This document shows positions 12,434-28,900 of a stretch of 64,000 nucleotides of DNA, in pieces. Position 1 is the first letter of the stretch; every line of letters begins with the position of its first letter. The notes beneath the pieces were generated by a model. The model was not told the origin of the DNA, searched no databases, and saw only the letters and a list, made by a program, of their open reading frames with translations. Origin of the DNA: the human T2T-CHM13v2.0 reference genome, Homo sapiens; NCBI RefSeq assembly GCF_009914755.1, contig NC_060928.1; one strand, written 5' to 3'. Position numbers and translations under genes: made by a program.

Positions 12434-13540
12434 TTAAAGAGGGTATATGTACAGGTTTATTACATAAGTAAATTGTGCATTGCAGGGGTTTGGTACACAA
12501 ATTATTTCATCACCCAGGTACTAAGCATAGTACCTGATAGATAATTTTTTGATCCTCAGCCTCCTCCCACCCTCCACTCTCAAGTAGGCCCTGATATCTC
12601 TTGTTTCTTTCTTTGTGTCCATGTATATTCAACATTTAGATTCCACTTGTAAGTGAGAACATGTGACATTTGGTTTTCTGTTCCTGTGTCAGTTTGCTTA
12701 GGATAATGGCCTCCAGCTCCATCTATGTTCCTGCAAAAGGCAAGATCTCATTCACTTTTATGGCTGCATAGTATTCCCTATTGTGTATATACAACATTAT
12801 CTTTAGCCAGTTTGCCATTGAGGGAATTTAGATTGATTCTGTGTCTTTGCTATTGTGAATAGCACTGCAATGAACATATGCTTGTATGTTTCTTTATGGT
12901 AAAATGATTTCTATTTCTTTGGGTATATACTCAATTATAGCATTGCTGGGTCAAATGGTAATTCTGTTTTAAGTTCTTTAAGAAATTGCCAAACTGCTTT
13001 CCACAATGGCTAAACTACTTTACATTCCCACCGTCGGTACATAAGCATCCCCTTTTCTCTACAACCTCACCAGCATGTGTTATTTTTTGACTTTTTAATA
13101 ATAGACATTCTGACTGGTGTGAGATGGTATCTCCTTGTGTTTTTGATTTGCATTTCTATAAGGATTAGTGATGTTGAACATTTTTTCATATGTTTCTTGG
13201 CCACATGGATGTTTTCTTTTGAAAAGTTTCTGTTCATGCCCTTTTCCCACTTTTTAATAGGGTTGTTTGTTTTGTGCTTGTAAATTTGTTTAAGTTCCTT
13301 ATAGATACTGAATATTAGACCTTTGTTGGATATATAATTTGAAACAATTTCCTCCCATTCTGTAGGTTATTTGTTTACTCTGTTGATAGGTTATTTTTTT
13401 AATTTGTGTGTATGTTTTTTTAATGTTCAGAAGCTCTACAGTTTAATTAGGTTTCATTTGTCAATCTTTGTTGCAATTACTTTTGGCATCTTTGTCAAGA
13501 AGTCTTTGCTGGTCTTACGTCCAGAATGGTATTTCCTAGG

Positions 13541-15777
13541 TGATATGGTCTGAATTTGTGTTCCCACCCCAAATCTCATGTCAAACTGTAATCCTTAGTG
13601 TTGGAGGAGGGGCCTAGTGGGAAGTGATTGGGTCACGGGGGCAGATTTCCCCCTTACTGTTCTCATGATAGTGAGTGAGTTCTCATGAGACCTGGCTGTT
13701 TAAAAGTGTGTGGCACCTTCCCCTTCATTCTCTTCCTCCATGTCCAGCCATGTAAGATGTGTCTGCTTCCCCTTCACCTTCCACCATGATTATAGGTTTC
13801 CTGAGGCCTCCCCAGCCATGCTTCCTGTACAGCCTGTGGAATTGTGAGTCAATTAAACCTCTTTTCTTTATAAATGATACAGTATCAGGTAGTTCTTTAT
13901 AGCAATGTGAGAATGGACTAATGCAGAAAATTGGTACTGGGAAGTGGGGTGTTGCTATAAAGATACCTGAAAATGTGTAAACAACTTTGGAACTGGGTAA
14001 TGGACAGAGGTTGAAACAGTTTGGAGAGCTCAAAAGAAGACAGGAAGATAAGGAAACATTTGGAATTTCCTAGAGGCTCTTTAAATTGTTATGACCAAAA
14101 TGCTGGTAGTGATACGGTCAATGAAATCCAGGCTGAGGAGGTCTCAGATGGAGATGAGGAACTTATTGAGAACTGGAGCCAATGTCACTTTTGTTATGCA
14201 TGAAGAAAGAGATGATCTGAAACTAGAACTTATATTTAAAAGGGAAGCAGAGCATAAAAGTTTGAAAAATTTGCAGTCTGATTGCATGGTAGAAAAGATA
14301 AACTCATTTTCTGGGGAGGAATTCAAGCTGGCTGCTGAAATTTGCATAAGTAAAGATGAACGGAATGTTAATAGCCAAGACAATGGGGAAAATGCCTGAA
14401 AGGCATTTCAGAGACCTTTGAGGCAGCCCTTCCCATCACAGGCCTGGAGGCCTAGAAGGAAAGAATGGTTTCATGGGCCAGGCCCACAGCTCTGCTGCTC
14501 TGCACAACCTCAGGACGCTGCTCCCTACATCCCAGCTTCTCCAGCTCCAACAATGGCTTAAAGGGCCCCAGATATGTCTCAGGCCACTTCTCCAGAAGAT
14601 ACAACGCATAAGCCCTAGAGGCTTCCATGTGGTATTAAACTTGTGGGTCCACAGAGGAAAAGACTTGATGCTTGGGAGCCTCCACCTAGATTTCAGAGGA
14701 TAACTGGAAGCAATTTGATGTTCAGGTATAAGTCTGCTGCAGGAGCAGAGCCCTCATGGAGAACCTCTACTAGGGAACTGCAGAAGGAAAATGTGGGATT
14801 GGAGCCCTCACACAGAGACTCCACTAGAGCACTGCCTAATGGAGTTGTGAGAAGTGGGCCACCATCCTCCAGAACCCAGAATGGTAGATCCACTGACAGC
14901 TTGCACCTTGTGCCTGGAAAAGTTGCAGGCACCCAATGCCAGCTTCTGAAAGCAGCTAAGAGGGCTATACCCTGAAGAGCCACAGAGGCGGAGCTGCACA
15001 AGCCCTTAGGAGCTGACTTCTTTCATAAATGCGGTCTGGATGTGAGACATGGAGTCAAAGGAGATTATTTTGGAGCTTAAAGATTTAATGATTACCCTGT
15101 TGAGTTTTGGACTTGCATGGGGCCTGTAGCCCCATTGTTTTGGCTGATTTCTCCCTTTTAGAATGGGTGTATTTATCAAATGCCTGTACTCCCATTGTAT
15201 ATTGGAAGTAACTAACATGGTTTTGATTTTACAGGTTCATAGGCAGAAGGGACTTGCCTTGTCTCAGATGAGATTTTGGACTTTGGACTTCTGAGTTAAT
15301 GCTAAAATGAGTTAAGATTTGGGAGACTGTTGAGAAGGGATTATTATACTTTGCAATGTCAGAAAGACATGAGCTTTGGGATGGGCCAGGGGCAGAATGA
15401 TATGTTTTGGATTTGTGTCCCCACCCAAATCTCATGTCAAGCTGTAATCCCCAAGGTTGGAGGAGGTACCTGGTGAGAGGTGATTGGATCATGGAGGTGG
15501 ACTTCCCCCTTGCTCTTCTCATGATAAAATGAGTGAGTTGTTATGAGATCTGGTTGTTTACAAGTGTATGGCACCTTCCCCTTTACTCTCTTCCTCCTTC
15601 TCTAGCCATGTAAGACATGCCTGCTTCCCCTTCCACCATGATTGTAAGGTTCCTGAGGCCTCCCCAGCTATGCTTCCTACACAGCCTGCAGAACTGTCAG
15701 TCAATTAAATCTCGTTTCTTTATAAATTACCCAGCCTCAAGTCATTCTTTATAGTAATGAGAGAATGAACTAATACA
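13541..15777 (+). mobile_element. Complete MSTA-type MaLR provirus (LTR 13541-13925, internal 13926-15397, LTR 15398-15777)
   Basis: Two similar TG...CA LTRs, MaLR internal sequence starting gaaaattggtac, and 5-bp TSD ctagg on both sides. Confidence 0.92.
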
Positions 15778-18534
15778 CTAGGTTATCTTCCAGGGTTCTT
15801 ATACTTTTTGGTTTTAGATTTCTCTTTAACTGATCATGAGATAATTTTTGCATATGGTATAATAAGGAAGGGGTCCAGTTTCAGCCTTCTGCATATGGCT
15901 AGCCCCTTAACCCAGCACTATTTGTTGAATAGAGTCCTTTCCCCATTACTTGTTTTTGTGAATTTTATCAAAGATCCTACTGTTGTAGGTGTATAGCATT
16001 ATTTCTGGTTTTGCTATTCTGTTCCATTGCAGTATATGTCTGTTTTTGTACCAGGACCATGCTGTTCTGGGTACTGTAGCTTTGTAATATAGTTTGAGAT
16101 GTGATGATGTGATGCCTCCAGCTTTGTTCTTTTTGGTTAGAATTGCTTTGGTTATTCAGGCTCTTTTTTGTTTCATATGAATTTTAAAATTGCTTTTCCT
16201 AATTATGTGATGAGTATCATTGGTAGTTTGATAAGAATAGCATTGAAATTGTAAATTACTTAGTGCAGTATGGCAGTTTTGAAATACTAAATCTTTATAT
16301 CCATGAACATGAAATGTTTTTCTATTTGTTTGAGTCATCTCTGATTTCTTTGAGTAGTATTTTGTAATTTTCATATTAGAGGTCTTTTACCTTTTTGGTT
16401 AGCTGTATTCCTAGGTATTTTATTATTTTTGTGGCTATTGTGAATAGGATTGGATTTGTGATTTTTCTGTCAGTTTGGATGTTGTTGGTGTATAGCAATG
16501 TTACTGATTTTTGTACATTGATTTTGTATTCTGAAACTTTGCTGAAGTTGTGTATCAAATCAAGGAGCTTTTGGGCAGAAATGATGAGATTTTTTAGGCA
16601 TAGAATCGTATCATCGATAAACAAAGGTAGTTTGATTTCCTCTCTTCCTATTTGGATGCATTTTATTTCTCTCTCTTGCCCAATTGCTCTGGCTAGGAAT
16701 TCCAGTTCTATATTGAATAAGAGTGGTGACAGAAGGCATCCTTGTTTTGTTATAGTTTTCAAGGGGAATGCTTCCAGCTTTTACCCACTCAATATGATGT
16801 TGGCTGTGGGTTTTTCATAGATGGCTCTTATTATTTTGAAGTATGTTTCTTCAATGCCTAGTTTGTTGAAAGTTTTTAACATGATGTTGGATTGTATGAA
16901 AAGCCTTTTCTGCAGCGTGTGGTTTTGCATTTAGTTCTGTTTATGTAGTGAATATCATTTCTTGATTTAAGTATGTTGAACCAACCTTGCATCCCAGGAA
17001 TAAAGCCTACTTGATTGTTGTGGATTAGTTTTTGAAGTGCTGATGGATTTCATTTGCCAGTGTTCTCTTGAAGATTTTTGTATTTACGTTCATCAAGGAT
17101 ATTAGCCTGAAATTTTTGTTGTTGTTGTGTCTCCGCCAGGTTTTGACATCAGAATGATGCTGGCCTCATAGAATGAGTTAGGAAGGAGTCCCTCCTCCTC
17201 AATTTTTTGAAGTAGTTTCAGTAGGAATGGTACCAGCTTTTTCTTAGACATCTGGTAGAATTTATATATAAATCCATCTGGTCCTGGGCTTTTTCTGGTT
17301 GGTAGCCATTTTATTACTGATTCAATTTCAGAACTTCTTATTGATCTGTTCAGGGATTCGGTCTCTTCCTGGTTCAATCTGGGGGGCTGTATGTTTTCAG
17401 AAATTTATCTATTTCTTCCAGGTTTTCCAGCTTGTGTGCATAGAGGTGTTTGTAATAGTTTCTGAGGGCTTTTCTGTGTTTCTGTGAGCTCAGTGGAAAT
17501 GTCTCCTTTGTCATTTCTGATTGTGTTTATTTGAATTTTTTCTCTTTTGTTTTTATTAATCTAGCTAGCAGTCTTTCTATCTTCTTATTTCAAAGAACCA
17601 GCTCCTGGATTCACCAGTCTTTTGTGTGTTTTTTCATGTCTCAGTCTCCTTCAGCTCAGCTCTGATTTTGGTTATTTCTTCTCTTCTGCTAGCTTTGGAA
17701 TTGGTTTTGCTCTTCTTTCTCTAGTTCCTCTAGATGTGATGTTAGCTTGTTAGTTTAAGATCTTTCTAACTTTTTTGTTGTGAGCATTTTGTGCTATAAA
17801 TTCCCCTCTGAACACTGCTTTGACTGTATCTTAGGAATTCTCATATGTTGTATCTTTTTTCTCATCAGTTTCAAAGAATTTCTTGATTTCTGCATTAATT
17901 TTATTATTTACCCAGAAGTCATTCAGGAGCAGATTGTTTAGTTTACATTTAATTGTATGGATTGAGTGATTTTCTTAGCATTAATTTCTATTTTTATTGC
18001 ACTGTGGTCCAACAGTGTGGTTGGTATGATTTTGAGGTTTTTTTCTTTGTATTTGCTAAGGGTTGTTTTATGCCTAATTGTGTGGTCAATTTTAGATGTG
18101 TCACGTACAGATGAGAAGAATGTATATTCTTTTGGTTTGGGGTAGAAAGTTCTGTAGATGTCTATTAGATCCATTTCCTCAAGGATTGAGTTAAGGTGTC
18201 AAATATGTTTCTTAATTTGCTTAGATGATCTGCCTAATACTGTCAGTGGGGTGTTAAATCTCCACTATTATTTTGTGGTTGTATAAATCTCTTCACAGGT
18301 CTCTAACAACTTGTTTTATGTATCTGGGTGCTCCTGTATTGGGTGCATATACATTTAGTTAGTTAGGTCTTCTCATTGAATTGAGCCCTTTATCATTATG
18401 TCATGTCCTTCTTTGTCTTTGATCGTTATTAGTTTTAAGTCTGTTTTGTGTGAATTTAGAATAGCAATCCCAGCTGTTTTTCTGTTTTCCCTTTACTTAG
18501 CAAATTTTTCTCAGTGCCTTTACTTTGAGCCTAT

Positions 18535-19960
18535 TGAGAGGTGACAGTGTGCAGGCAGTCCTCAGAGCCCTCGCTTGCTCTCTGCACCTCCTCTGCCTGG
18601 GCTCCCACTTTGGTGGCACTTGAGCCCTTCAGCCCACCACTGCACTGTGGGAGCTCCTTTCTGGGCTGGCCAAGGCTGGAGCTCACTCCCTCAGCTTGCA
18701 GGGAGGTGTGGAGGGAGAGGCGCGAGCGGGAACCGGGGCTGCGTGCGGCGCTTGCGGGCCAGCTGGAGTTCCGGGTGGGCGTGGGCTTGGCGGGCCATGC
18801 ACTTGGAGCAGTCGGCCAGCCCTGCTGGCCCCGGGCAATGAGGGACTTAGCACCCGGGCCAGCAGATGCGGAGGGTATACGTCCCCCAGCAGTGCCAGCC
18901 CACCGGTGCTGCGCTTGATTTCTCACCGAGCCTTAGCTGCCTTCCCGTGGGGCAGGGCTCAGGACCTGCAGCTCACCATGCCGGAGCCTCCCACTCACTC
19001 CGTGGGTTCCTGGGCAGCCCAAGCCTCCCCGATGAGCGCCGCCCCCTGCTCCACGGCGCCCAGTCCCATCGACCACCCAAGGGCTGAGGAGTGCGGGCGC
19101 ACGGCACTGAGACTGGCAGGCAGCTCCACCTGCAACCCCGGTGTGGGATTCACTGGGTGAAGCCAGTTGGGCTCCTAAGACTGGTGGGACCTTGGAGGAC
19201 CTTTATGTCTAGCTCAGGGATTGTAAATACACCAATAGGCACTCTGTATCTAGCTCAAGGTTTGTAAACACACCAATCAGCACCCTGTGTCTAGCTCAGG
19301 GTTTGTGAGTGCACCAATCGACACTCTGTATCTAGCTGCTCTGGTGCGGCCTTGGAGAACCTTTGGGTCAATACTCTGTATCTAACTAATCTGATGGGGA
19401 GGTGGAGAACCTTTGTATCTAGCTCAGGGATTGTAAACGCACCAATCAGCGCCCTGTCAAAACAGACCACTGGGCTCTACCAATCAGCAGGACGTGGGTG
19501 GGGCCAGATAAGAGAATAAAAGCAGGCTGCCCGAGCCAGCAGTGGCAACCCGCTTGGGTCCTCTTTCCACACTGTGGAAACTTTGTTCTTTCACTCTTTG
19601 CAATAAATCTTGCTACTGCTCACTCTTTGGGTCCACACTGCTTTTATGAGCTGTAACACTCACTGCGAAGATCTGCAGCTTCTCTCCTGAAGCCAGTGAG
19701 ACCACGAGCCCACCAGGAGGAACGAACAACTCCAGACGTGCTGCCTTAAGAGCTGTAACACTCACCGCGAAGGTCTGCAGCTTCACTCCTGAGCCAGCGA
19801 GACCACGAACCCACCAGAAGGAAGAAACTCCGAACACATCCGAACATCAGAAGGAACAAACTCCAGACGTGCCACCTTAAGAGCTGTAACACTCACCGCG
19901 AGGGTCCGCGGCTTCATTCTTGAAGTCAGTGAGACCAAGAACCCACCAATTCCGGACACA
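18535..19960 (+). mobile_element. LTR12C-type (ERV9) solo LTR
   Basis: tgagaggtgacag...aattccggacaca termini, CpG-rich 5' half, tandem CCAAT units, gagctgtaacactcacc repeats, 4-bp TSD ctat. Confidence 0.95.
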
Positions 19961-22745
19961 CTATGAGTGTCATTGCATGTGAGATGGGTTTCTTGAAGAC
20001 AGCGTACCATTGGGTTTTCCTTCTTTGTCCAAATTGCCACCCTGTGCCTTTTAATTGGAGCATTTAGCTCATTTACATTTAAGTTCAATATTGGTATGTG
20101 TGGATTTAATCCTGTCATCATGTTGTAGCTGGTTAGCTGTAGACTTGTGTGGTTGCTTTATAGTATGACTGGTTTATGTACTTAAGTGTGTTTTTGTAAT
20201 GGCTAATAACAGTCTTTCCTTTCCACATTAGCACTCCCTGCAGGACCTCTTGTAAGGCAGGTCTGGTAGTAATGAATTCTCTTAGCATTTGCTTGTCTGA
20301 AAAAATCTTATTTCTCCTTTCCTTATTAAGCTTAGTTTGGCCAGATATGAAATTATTGGTTGAAAATTATTTTCTTTAAGAATGCAGGATTTAGGACCTC
20401 CATCTGACTTATAAGGTTTCTGCTGATGGGCATGCTGTTAGCTCGATGGGGTTTTCTTCGTAGGTGACCTGTTCCTTCTCTTCAGCTGCCTTTAACATTT
20501 TTTCTTTCATTTCAACTTCAGAGTATCTGATGATTATGTGTCTTAAGGATGGTCTTATTATGCAGTATTTCTCAGGTGTCCTCTGCAATTCCTGAATTCG
20601 AATGCTGGTCTCTCTAGCGAGGTTGGAGAAATTTTCATGGATAATATCCTCAAATATGTTTTCCATATTGTTGGTTGGCTTTCTCTCTCTCTCTTCAGAG
20701 ATGCCAATGAGTTGTAGATTTTTTATCTTTACATAATCCCACATTTCTCAGAGATTTTGTTCATTCTTCTTTATTGTTTTTTCTCTATTTCTCTCTGACA
20801 GAGTTATTTCAGAGAGCCTGTCTTCGAGCTCTGAGATTCTTTCCTCAGCTTGGTCAATTCTACTGTAAATACTTATGATTGTATTATGCAATTCTAGTGG
20901 AGTATTTTTCAGCTATCAGATCAGATTATTTCTTCTTTCTTATAATGTCCATTTTATCTATTAGCTCCTTTATCATTTTATTGTAATCCTTAACTTCATG
21001 GGAATGGATGACTTTCTCCTGTATGTTGATGATCTTAATTCCTATTCATATTCTGAATTCTTTTTCTGTGATTTCAGCCACCTAAGCCTGGTTAGAAACC
21101 ATTGCTGGGAAATTAATATGGTTGTTTGGAGTAAGACACTGGCTTTTTGAGTTGCCAGAGTTCTTGCACTACTTCTTTCTCATCTTTGTGTGCTGATGTT
21201 TCTTCAATCTTTGAAGTTGCTGACCTTCGGATTTTTTTTTCTTTTATCCTATTCAATGTCCTTGGGGGTTTGATTGTGGTATAAGGTGGGTTCTGTCAAC
21301 TGTCTTCATTTCTGGAGAATTTTAGGAAGCCAAGGCTCAGCTCATGACTCCTGGACTGCAAGCTCTAATTCTTGGGGGCTGACATCTGGCCTCTGGCTTT
21401 GTTCTGTGTCCCCATAAGGTTAGGAACATGCCATGCTGGAGGGGCTGAGTTGTTCCTGGACCACTAGTCAGAACACTCTAATGAGTAATTCCAGCCACAG
21501 TGCTTGGTAAGGTTGTAGCAGCAGCATCTGTCCTCAACTGCATGTGCCAGCAACAGCAGCAGCACAGCAGTGTGCACATTCATAAGCTGTAGCAGGGTCC
21601 TGGCAGGTGGAGGGGTGCCAGCCTCCATGTGAGCATTCACAGTGGCAGTGGTAGAAGTACAGCACAGGAGGGCCAGGGGTTCTGACATCATCTGTGTGCA
21701 TGTTTGCACCGGTAGTAGTGTTAGCACAGGGGCAGGGCACTGGCAGGCACAGTCTTGTGCCTGCCAGTGCCCTGTGTACCCTCTATGCATGTGTTCACAC
21801 ATACAGCAGCTACTGCTGGGGGTGAGCAGATCTCCTGCTCTCCCTGCCTAGTTTCACACTGGTGCTGGGTGGGGCACTGGCAGGCTCTGTGCCTGCAAAT
21901 ACTCCAACAGCAATGGTGGCACAGCAGGTGAATTGGGGGAGGGGGTGTACTCCTGCCAGCAGCTGTAGCATGGTGGGCAGGGTGCATGCACACATGCATG
22001 CTGACAAGGAAGGGAAGGCAAGGTGCACCAGCATGCACACATGGTGGGAGAGTAATGTGAGGGATGGCCATGTGTGAGCGCATGCAGGCCAAGCAACTCC
22101 AAGGAGGCTGTGGTTGGGGGAGGCCACAGGCATGCCTGTGCACATCTGCTGGGGTGCTCTAGTGAAGTTCTCCATTGGTCAAGTATAGTCCATCAGTGCA
22201 GGAGCTATGATGCAGGCCCCCAGGAACCCTCCAACCTGGGAATCTGAGGTTGCACTGCAAGCAGGTGTGGCCAGGCTGGGGCCTCAGGAGAAGTCAGCAG
22301 GCAAGGGATGCCCAGGTTGGACCAGCCTCATCTCATGGACAAAACCATCCTGACTCTTCAGGTTCAACAGTTTTTCTAGAACTAAAGTCTTCTGGAGGAG
22401 TAAAGCGAGCCACAGGGGATGGGTGTCCTGGGCATGCTCCACTACAGATGCTCCCATGCCAAACTATTTGGGCTCCCAACTATCTAGAGTTCTGTCCCTA
22501 CTATTTTTCTAAGCAGCTTTCCCTGTCAGCTCAAGTGTCTGTGGGGGTTATGGAGTCTCCCGCTGGCAGGATTCCAGAGATCCGTGGTGAGAGTGAGTTG
22601 CTCATTGCCTACTCAACTCCCTAGTTCCCCAGGAGTCACTGGGAGATAGGAAGGAGTCTCAGTGCATGGTAGACTCATGCAGGGTTTCCAGCTTCCACCC
22701 CCTTCGGCCCAGCATCTGTGTCCTCCCTTCGTCCACTCTCAGTCT

Positions 22746-24640
<1,895 letters not shown>

Positions 24641-24987
24641 AAGCACTAGCTAACTTAAGGAAAAAATGGTCACTTCCCACATTTGTAGCTTCTGCTTTTT
24701 ATTCAGTTAAATAGGCAGTGTTTCCTAATATCTATTTTACCATTATACCTTTTTATTAGAGCCCCTAATTGTTAGTTGAGCATGTGGCTACTCTAAATAA
24801 TGACATTTTCAGCCTAATTTGCAATTTCATATTGCCAAGTGCTAAATTTTGGCCGCTGCAATGTAAGTGGAGATGTTGTTTACAGTTTCCAGAAAATGTT
24901 CTTAAAGGGAAATATGCTAGTCTTTTCTTCTTGCTGTCTGGAATGCAAATATAATGATTCATACATAATAATTATACATGTTTATAG

Positions 24988-25348
<361 letters not shown>

Positions 25349-25741
25349 ACATGTGATATTTTAATATATGTATATAATGTGTCATGATCAAATTAAGGTA
25401 ATTAGAATATTCATTATATCAAACATTTATTATTTGTGTTGGGAATATTCGAAATCTTTTTCTCTAGCGATTTTGAAATATACAATAAATTCTTGTTAAC
25501 CGTGGTCACCCTACTGTGCTATTAAACATTCGATTTTATTTCTTCTATCTAACTTCTATCTAACCTCTCATTTTCCCCTCTCCTACACTTGCCAACCCCT
25601 GGTAACCATCATTCTGCTCTCTACCTCCATATGAGTGAGAACTTTTCAGCTCCCACATATGAGTGAGAACACATGATATTTGTCTTTCCGTGCTTGGCTT
25701 ATTTCATTTAATGTAATAAACTCTAGTTCCATTCATGTTAC

Positions 25742-25975
25742 ATGGCAGCACATCTTACATGGTAGCAGGCAAGAGAGAGAATTAGTGCCAAGTGAAAGGG
25801 GAAACCCCTTATAAAACCATCCATATCATGTGAGACTTATTCACTACCAGGAGAACCGTATGGGGGATCCACCCCCATGATTAAATTATCTCCTGCTGGT
25901 CTCTCCTACAACAAATGGAAATGATGAGAGCTAAAATTCAAGATGAGATTTGGGTGGGGACACAGCCAAACCATA
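25742..25975 (-). mobile_element. THE1 LTR fragment
   Basis: ccccttataaaaccatc...gagacttattcactacc...aattcaagatgagatttgggtggggacacagccaaaccata. Confidence 0.85.
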
Positions 25976-28900
25976 AGTATGCGAAATTTTTTTTATTTTT
26001 TAGTGTGTCCTCTTCAATTTCTTTCATCTGTGTTTTATAGTTTTCCTTATAGAGTTCTTTCACTTTTTTAGTTAAATTTATTCCTAGATACTTTATTTTT
26101 TGTAGGTACTATAAATGGGATTCTTTCTTCTTTTTCACATTGTTCACTGTTGGTGTGTATAAATGCTACTGATTTCTGTATGTTGATTTTGTATCTTGCA
26201 ACTTCACTGAATTCATTTATTAGTTCCAACAGTTTTTTTTTTTTGGTGAAATCTTCAGGTTTTCAATATATGATCATGTCATTTGCAAAGAAGAATAAAT
26301 TGACTTTTTCCTTTCCTATTTGGATGTTCTTTATTTCTTTCTCTTGACTAATTGCTCAGGCCAGAACTTCCAGAAGTATACTGAATAAATGTGGTGAAAG
26401 TGGGCATTCTTCTCTTGTTCCATATCTTAGAAAAAAGGCTTTCAGTTTTTCCCCATTCAGTATATATTAGCTGTGGGTTTGTAATACATGGACTTTATTA
26501 TCTTAAAGTATGTTTCCCCTGTACTCAGTTTTTTGAGTTTTTGTCATACAAGGATGTTGAATTTTGTCAAATTATTTTTCAGTCTCTATTGAAATGATCA
26601 TACGGCTTTTGTTCTTGATTTTGTTAATGTGATATATTATGCTTATTTATTTGCGTATATTGAACCATCCTTGCATATCTGGAATGAATTCCACTTGATC
26701 CTGGTGAAAGATCTTTTCAATGTGTTGTGGAATTCAGTTTGCTAGTCATTTGGTGATGATTTTTGTATCTATGTTCATCAGTGATATTGGCCTGTAGTTT
26801 TCTTTCTTTCTGTGTCTCTCATTCTTTCTTTCTTTTTCTTTCTTTTTTCTTTTATCTTTCTTTCTTTCTTGTTTTCTTGGTCTTTCTTTCTTTCTTTTGT
26901 TCGTTCATTTGTTTTTGTCTGCTTTTGGTATCAGGGTAATACTGGCCCCATAGAATGAATTTGTATTTTGTCCCTCTTTTTTAAAAAAAGAGTTTAACAC
27001 AATTGGTATTAGTTCTTCTTTAAATGTTTCGTATAATTTAGCAGTGAAGCCATTAAGTCCTGTTTTTCCTTTGATGGGAGACTTTTTAGTACTGCTTCCA
27101 TCTCTTTACTCATTGTAGGTCATTGTATATATTCAGGTATTCTACTTCTTCGTTTTTCAATCTTCATAGATTTTATGTGTTTATGAATTTATCCATTTCT
27201 TTTAGGTTTTCTAGTTTGTTCGCATATAGTTGCTCATAATAGTTTCTTATACTCCTTGGTATATCTGTGTTACCAATTGTAATATCTCCCTTTTAATCTC
27301 TTATTTATTTAGGTCTTTTTTTCCTACTGTAGCTAAATGCTTGTCAATTTTATCTTTTCAAAAAACAAATTTTTATTTAATTGATCTTTTGTATTTTTTT
27401 AGTCTCTATTTCATTTACTTCTGTTGTGATCTTTATTATTTCTTTCCTTCTACTAACTCTGGTTAATTCTTGCTTTTCTAGTTCATGGAAGTGCATCATT
27501 AGGTTGTTTATTTGAAGTCTTTCTACTTTTTTGATGTAGGTGCTTATTACTATAAACCTCCCACTTATAATTGCTTTTGCTATGCCCCATAGATTTTGGT
27601 GTATGACGTTTCTGTTTTTATTTATCCCAAGAAATTTTTGAATTTCCTTTTAACTTTCTTCACAGCCCCATTAATTGTTTAGAAGCATGTTGTTTAATTT
27701 TCATGAATTTGTAAAGTTTTCAATGTTCCTTCTGTTATTAATTTTTAGAATAGAGTTCTTCTATTCCATTGTGGTTAGAAAAGATGCTTGACACAAATTT
27801 GATTTTTTCAGTTTTTTAAAAAACTGTGTTAAGACTTGTTTGGTAATGTAACATATGGTCTATCCTGAAGAATGTTCCACGTGCTATTGAGAAAAATGTG
27901 TATTCTGCAGCTGTTGCATGGAATATTCTGTAAATATCCGTTGGGTCCATTTAGCCTAGAGTGCAATTTAACTATAAAATTTATTTGCTGATTTTGTTTC
28001 TGGATAACCTGTCCATTGCTGAAAGTAGGGTGTTGAAGTCTCCTACAATTACTGCATTGCAATCTCTCCACTTAGGTCTATAATATTTGTTTTATATATT
28101 TCAGTGCTCCAATGTTGAGTTAGGTTCATCTATATTTACAATTATTATATCCTCTTGCTGTATTGACTCCTTTATCATTGTATAATGGCCTGCTTTGTCT
28201 ATTTTAAAAATCATTATTGACTTAAAGCCCATTTTATCTGATATAAGTATAGCTACTCCTTCTCTTTTTGGTTTTCATTTGCATAGGATATCTTTTTCCA
28301 TTTCTACACTTTCAGTTTGTGCATATCTTTAAGGTGAATGAAGCCAGTGTCCTGTAGAAAACATATAGTTTGGTCTTTTTAAATACATTCAGTTACTTTA
28401 TGTCTTTTAATCAAAGCATTTAATCAATTTATATTCAAAATTATTATTGATAGGTAAGGTTTTATTATTTTCATTTTCTTACTTGTTTTCTGGTTATTTT
28501 GTAGATCACTTCTTCCTTTTCAATCCTCTCTTACTGTCTTTGTTTGTGGTTAAGTTATTTTTCTTTGGTAGTATGTTTTTATTCTGTGCTATTTATCTTT
28601 CATGTATCTATTATAGATTTATGCTTTGTGGTTACCATGTGGCTTACAAAAAAAAATCTTACAGTTCTAACAGGTTATTCTTAACTGATAGTGTCTTAAC
28701 TTTGATTGCAAAGAAAAATATAAAAAACAAACTACATTTTAACATCATATCCTCCACATATTTTGACTTTTTGATGTTTCAATTTATATCTTTTTATATT
28801 GCCTATCTCTAAACCAATTGTTGTAGTTATTATTGTTTTTAAGTTTTGTCTTTTAGTCTTCCTACTTAAGATGTAAGTGGTTTACTTACCATGATTACAG

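Noticed and set aside
13725-15522. Multiple 60-110 aa ORFs
   Set aside because: Within the MST provirus; decayed MaLR internal or LTR sequence.
18531-19160. Overlapping 73-154 aa ORFs
   Set aside because: GC-rich LTR12C sequence with few stop codons; not genes.
21464-22624. Cys/His-rich ORFs resembling metal-binding proteins
   Set aside because: By-product of tgca/gcac-rich, CpG-decayed L1 5' UTR sequence.
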